Below are positions 59,527 to 64,000 of a DNA stretch of 64,000 nt, in pieces. Below the pieces are notes generated by a model. It saw only the letters and a program-made list of their open reading frames with translations. It made no database searches and was not told the DNA's origin. Where the stretch lies: positions 224,001 to 288,000 of the forward strand of contig OZ242220.1 in the NCBI GenBank assembly GCA_965206745.1. Direction: 5' to 3'. Position 1 is the first letter of the stretch. Each line of letters starts with the position of its first letter. This stretch comes from Nitrosopumilus sp. (GTDB lineage: Archaea; Thermoproteota; Nitrososphaeria; Nitrososphaerales; Nitrosopumilaceae). The position numbers were made by a program, and so were the translations under genes.

Positions 59527-60504
59527 ATGTCCGAAGTAAAATTTGCTATACCCAAAGGAAGTCTGGAGGAGGCCACTTTCAAACTATTAGAGAGGTCTTG
59601 GACCAGGGTAAACCGAAAAAGCAGAACATATCGAGTATACCTGGATGATCCAAGCATCGTTGTCAAGATGCTTCGGCCTCAGGAAATTCCCACCCTGGTA
59701 TCTGAAGGACTGTATGACGTGGGAATCACCGGAAAGGACTGGGTGGGGGAGACAAATTCGGATGTCGAGCAGATTTTGGATTTGGAATATGGAAAAATCA
59801 GACTGGTGATTGCGTTTCCTGACAAATATCGCTACAAGAATCTTGATGAAATGATTGCAGATTATGGCAAAAAGAAAAAGACACTCAGGATTTCATCTGA
59901 ATATCTTACAACTGCATCAAAGTTTCTAAAACAATCAAAGTCTTACAAAAAATACCACGGCTCAAAGGATCCGCTAATTGTCACCCCCTGGGTCAGGTTG
60001 GGAAACAACAAAAGCGTTCAAATTCACCTGTCCTTTGGCGCTACAGAGGCCAAACCGCCTGACGATGTGGATGCAATCATGGATGTAACCGAGACTGGGA
60101 CAACGCTGAAACAAAACAAGCTCAAGATTGTAGATGAGGTACTGACCTCGACTGCACACTTGATTGTGAATAAGCAGTCACTAAAGGATCCCAAAAAGCG
60201 CGAGAAGATATTTGACATCGTGACGTTGATGAGAGGTGCGGTTCGTGGCAGGAAGTTCTTGCACATTTACCTAAATGTTGAAGAAAAAAACCTGAAAAAA
60301 CTTTTGGCACAGATGCCGTCACTAAAAAAGCCCACAGTCAGTCCGCTAAGTGACAAGGGATGGTTTGGCGTAAACACGGTGATTCAAAAGGAGGAATTCC
60401 ACAAGCTCATTCCCAAGTTGAGGAAGATTGCCCAGGGTCTTGTAGTCCATGAACCTAGGCAGATACTCGAACTTGAGGAGATAAAACGTGACGAAGAGAA
60501 TTGA
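59527..60504 (+). CDS. hisG: ATP phosphoribosyltransferase
   Basis: AIPKGSL, RPQEIP, DVGITGKD, GATE, DVTETGTTL. Confidence 0.95.
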   Translation: MSEVKFAIPKGSLEEATFKLLERSWTRVNRKSRTYRVYLDDPSIVVKMLRPQEIPTLVSEGLYDVGITGKDWVGETNSDVEQILDLEYGKIRLVIAFPDKYRYKNLDEMIADYGKKKKTLRISSEYLTTASKFLKQSKSYKKYHGSKDPLIVTPWVRLGNNKSVQIHLSFGATEAKPPDDVDAIMDVTETGTTLKQNKLKIVDEVLTSTAHLIVNKQSLKDPKKREKIFDIVTLMRGAVRGRKFLHIYLNVEEKNLKKLLAQMPSLKKPTVSPLSDKGWFGVNTVIQKEEFHKLIPKLRKIAQGLVVHEPRQILELEEIKRDEEN

Positions 60505-61775
60505 TGAGAATAATCAGGGTAACTAATGTTGAGCAGTTTGCAGCCAAAGTACTTCCAAAACAGCCTCAAAATAACAAGACCGTAGTGGAGTCGATCCTAA
60601 AGGATGTAAAAAAAAATGGCGACACTGCAGTTCGCAGATACGAGAAAAAGTTTGGCAAGGCAGACATATCATCGCTGCAACTGACCAGGAGTGAAATAAA
60701 AAATGCATACTCTGAAATATCCAAGGCCGAACTTGCCGCATTGCGCCTTGCCAAGACTCGGCTTGGAAGAACAGAATCCGCAGTCAAGTCACTTCTCAAA
60801 AGTAAGACAACCAACTGTGAGGGGATCAGAATCTCAAAAAAGTTCGTTCCGATTCAGAGTGTCGGATGCTACATTCCTGGCGGCCTGGCAAGATATCCAA
60901 GCTCCGCAGTCATGTCTGTTCTTCCAGCCAAAATTGCAGGAGTCAAAAGAATCGTGGCCGTATCTCCTCCGGACTCTGGCGGAAAAGTCGATCCGTTGAC
61001 AGTGGTTGGCGCTGATATCTGCGGCGCCGATGAGATCTACAGGACAGGCGGCGTGCAGTCCATTGCGGCATTATCCTACGGGACAAAATCCATCCCCCGA
61101 GTTGACAAGATCGTCGGCCCCGGCGGCGCATTTGTTACGACTGCAAAATCACTGGTCAGCAATCAGACAGGAATTGACATGCTTGCAGGTCCGACTGAAC
61201 TGGGAATAATTGCTGACAACTCGGCAGACCCGAGATTCATCGCACTGGATCTGATCTCACAAGCTGAGCACAGCAGTGACACTTTCTGTTACTTGATCAC
61301 CACCTCTGAGAGGCTTGCAACATCAGTCAGGAGGATCGTCTCAGAACTGATTCCCTCAATTCAAAGGGGAAAGATTGTCAAATCCAGCCTTGAGAATAAT
61401 GGATTTATTGGAATATGCAAAAGCAGTTCTGATATGATAAAGCTTGCAAATCTCCTGGCCCCCGAACACCTGCAAATAATGACAAAAAACCCCCAGTCGA
61501 TATCCTCGAAAATATACTCCCCGGGACTCGTCCTGATTGGGGATGACACCCCCTCGTCAGCTAGCGACTATATTCTAGGCTCAAATCATATCCTGCCCAC
61601 CAGCGGATTTGGAAGGATTAGGGGCTCTCTTTCTGTCCTAGACTTTGTCAAGGTAGGCACTGAGATAGTATCATCAAAAAAATCACTATCAAAAATATCA
61701 AAGCACCTCAAAACCTTGGCAGATGCCGAAGGCCTTTCAAACCACTATGAGGCAGTAAGGGGTAGATTGAGTTGA
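60501..61775 (+). CDS. hisD: Histidinol dehydrogenase
   Basis: GCYIPGG, KIVGPG, DMLAGPTE, QAEH, APEHL, GSNHILPT. Confidence 0.96.
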   Translation: MMRIIRVTNVEQFAAKVLPKQPQNNKTVVESILKDVKKNGDTAVRRYEKKFGKADISSLQLTRSEIKNAYSEISKAELAALRLAKTRLGRTESAVKSLLKSKTTNCEGIRISKKFVPIQSVGCYIPGGLARYPSSAVMSVLPAKIAGVKRIVAVSPPDSGGKVDPLTVVGADICGADEIYRTGGVQSIAALSYGTKSIPRVDKIVGPGGAFVTTAKSLVSNQTGIDMLAGPTELGIIADNSADPRFIALDLISQAEHSSDTFCYLITTSERLATSVRRIVSELIPSIQRGKIVKSSLENNGFIGICKSSSDMIKLANLLAPEHLQIMTKNPQSISSKIYSPGLVLIGDDTPSSASDYILGSNHILPTSGFGRIRGSLSVLDFVKVGTEIVSSKKSLSKISKHLKTLADAEGLSNHYEAVRGRLS

Positions 61776-62842
61776 AAAAAAACTGGTTTGAGGACAAAAT
61801 CAAAAGGTTTGATTCTGTAGGTGGATACCAAAAGCCGGAACCCATCCACGACTCGGTAAAGCTTGACTCTAATGAAAACTATGTAATTCCAAAGCAGTTC
61901 CAAAACGACATACTCTCCTCTGCAAAGAAAAACTCAGACATAAGGCAGTACCCTCTTGGCGATGTTGAAAGACTGGTCAGTTCCATATCAAAATTTGTCA
62001 AAGTACCCTCATCGATGATCGGTGTCGGCAACGGCTCTGATCAAATCTTGGACCTGATTCTTTCAAACTTTGCATCAGAGAAGACAAAGATCCTCACCTC
62101 AAACCCCACGTTTGGATTCTTTGAGGAGCGCTGCAAGTTATACGGTATACCATTAATTGCAATCCCATTTTCCAATGAGATGAAGCTGGACATCAAGGAT
62201 CTCATGAAACGATCCAAGGATGCGGATATTTTATACCTGGATTCCCCAAACAACCCGACTGGATTCCAGTTTGCAAAAGGTGAACTGCAAAAACTCGTAA
62301 AATCTTTTGGCGGACCTGTGATAATTGATGAGGCATACGGGGAGTTCAGCGAGTACTCACTCTCAGGCATGGTCAAGACCCAAAGCAACCTGATCGTCAC
62401 TCGGACCCTTTCAAAGTCATTTGGGCTGGCAGGACTGAGACTGGGCTACTTTGTTGCAAGCAAAAAATTCACTGAAACTTTTATGAACGTCTTGCAGTAC
62501 CCATACCCCCTTAGCACCATTACGATTGAATCCGGAATACTGGCTTTGGAGAAACCAAAGCCCGTCAAAGACGCACTTGCCATTGTAAAAACTGAGAGAA
62601 GAAGAATCATTGAAACCCTGCAAAAGTATGATGCCTTTGACGTGTTTGATTCCAAGGCCAATTTTGTGCTTTTTGATGCCCATGGCGCCTACAAGCGTGT
62701 CTATTCTGCACTTGCCGAGCAGGGTATAGCCATTCGCAAACTCGGCAAGATTGGAGATCATGATGGATGCCTCAGAGTAACTATTGGAACAAAAGAAATG
62801 AATTCAAAATTCCTGCTGGCCATTCGTGATTTGTTGGGATGA
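61772..62842 (+). CDS. hisC: Histidinol-phosphate aminotransferase
   Basis: KLDSNEN, GNGSD, SPNNPTG, DEAY, RTLSKSFGLAGLRLGY. Confidence 0.95.
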   Translation: MKKNWFEDKIKRFDSVGGYQKPEPIHDSVKLDSNENYVIPKQFQNDILSSAKKNSDIRQYPLGDVERLVSSISKFVKVPSSMIGVGNGSDQILDLILSNFASEKTKILTSNPTFGFFEERCKLYGIPLIAIPFSNEMKLDIKDLMKRSKDADILYLDSPNNPTGFQFAKGELQKLVKSFGGPVIIDEAYGEFSEYSLSGMVKTQSNLIVTRTLSKSFGLAGLRLGYFVASKKFTETFMNVLQYPYPLSTITIESGILALEKPKPVKDALAIVKTERRRIIETLQKYDAFDVFDSKANFVLFDAHGAYKRVYSALAEQGIAIRKLGKIGDHDGCLRVTIGTKEMNSKFLLAIRDLLG

Positions 62843-63816
62843 CTCTGAGAAAAATATCCGAGGGAATCCATGTAGATGATTCCAGAATTCATGCATTGGA
62901 TGAAGTTGATGCGATAGTCTTTGACTGCGATGGGGTGCTAGTTGACATCACAAAATCATATGATATGGCAATTATCCAGACTGTCCGATACGTGTTGGAA
63001 AACCTGGCAAGGATTGACGGTGTGATTGATATTGATTTTAAGATCATTGACGGGTTCAAGTCTACTGGAGGGTTCAATGACGAGGTTGATCTGACTTATG
63101 CTGCAATAATTTCACTTGTTGCTGCCAAAAAGTTGGAACAGGATCAAACGGATTTTATCTTTGATGTGATAAGGAACTCCGACTCTAGCGGCATTGCATC
63201 AGTTGAGAAATACATTGAGGGACAGGCTGATGTCTCTGAGATTAAGAGGCAACTGTCATATCCTGGAACCCATCATGAGAACCCACTGTATCAGATATTT
63301 GATCAGATCTTTTATGGGCCGCAATTGTACAGAAAATTATTCAACAAGACTTCTGACTTTTCCAACCCTGGCTTGATAGAACAGGACGATGTGATTGTAA
63401 ATGATGCTCTGGTTGAAAAATTACAGAAAAAATTTGGCTCAAAGATTGCCATGGTGACCGGGCGGGGAAAGGAGTCCGTAGGTTACTCTTTAAAATCCCT
63501 GCTGACAAAGTTTGACTTGATTCATTCTGTGTTTCTTGAGGATGAACCGCGGGAACTTGCAAAACCCAACCCCCAATCCCTTTTGGACTCGATTGGTGGA
63601 ATGAAGAGTGTCTTGACTCTCTACGTCGGGGACTCTATGGAGGATTTCATCATGGCAAAAAAGGCAACTGATCTGGGATGCAAAACCATGTTTTGTGGGA
63701 TTATAGGCACGAGCAAAAATCCCCAGGACAAGTTGGATTTGTTTGAGAAAAACGGCGCTGTCTTGGTGCTGGACTCTATCAACGAATTATCTGAAGTGCT
63801 ACATTTAGACCCGTAA
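62839..63816 (+). CDS. HAD-family hydrolase in the his operon
   Basis: FDCDGVLVD, VTGR, KP, YVGDSMED. Confidence 0.88.
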   Translation: MTLRKISEGIHVDDSRIHALDEVDAIVFDCDGVLVDITKSYDMAIIQTVRYVLENLARIDGVIDIDFKIIDGFKSTGGFNDEVDLTYAAIISLVAAKKLEQDQTDFIFDVIRNSDSSGIASVEKYIEGQADVSEIKRQLSYPGTHHENPLYQIFDQIFYGPQLYRKLFNKTSDFSNPGLIEQDDVIVNDALVEKLQKKFGSKIAMVTGRGKESVGYSLKSLLTKFDLIHSVFLEDEPRELAKPNPQSLLDSIGGMKSVLTLYVGDSMEDFIMAKKATDLGCKTMFCGIIGTSKNPQDKLDLFEKNGAVLVLDSINELSEVLHLDP

Positions 63817-64000
63817 ATCTTGCCTCAAAAAGTCAAACAGATCCAGAGTCCTCCATCTCTGATGGTCTGCAATGTGACATGACAGATGAAGACAAAAAAG
63901 GCCAATGCATCTTGGCAAAAATTTAGATTTTATCCTGATTTTATAATAAAAACTAAATCTGACAAATATATCATGGCTAAATAATCGGTAGTAAAATTTG

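Noticed and set aside
63852-63867. CCATC-N3-GATGGTC resembling the inner hairpin of the 53-bp element
   Set aside because: Only the short palindrome matches. The outer stems and upstream TATA spacing are absent.

Overview
This is an archaeal chromosome segment typical of Nitrosopumilaceae (ammonia-oxidising Thaumarchaeota). The conserved backbone contains a riboflavin operon, tfe-trm56-hflX-phoU, nac, ubiD, ctaB-lrp-asd, a late cobalamin operon, rps27e/rpl44e, thermosome, guaA/mptE/folP/guaB, pheA/csl4, dph2/tiaS, initiator tRNA-Met, class II HMG-CoA reductase and the start of a his operon. Four accessory blocks interrupt it (about 1-6850, 18130-21050, 25120-26300, 47240-50900). They carry: (i) a ~3.8-kb tandem duplication of a secreted serpin plus a secreted multi-domain protein; (ii) four paralogues of that protein (signal peptide, Cys module, hypervariable mosaic core, MORN-variant repeats) sharing one promoter; (iii) a TIMP/NTR-like secreted protein behind the stump of a metzincin protease gene; (iv) a dispersed non-coding inverted-repeat family with an IS6-like tip at island and cassette edges, including a 155-bp MITE-like unit; and (v) a 53-bp structured element present twice. 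Together these suggest a mobile, diversifying surface and anti-protease repertoire, as expected for a host-associated (e.g. sponge) lineage. That lifestyle and all functions of the accessory genes are inference. I saw no transposase, reverse transcriptase, CRISPR array or rRNA. All alignments were done by eye.
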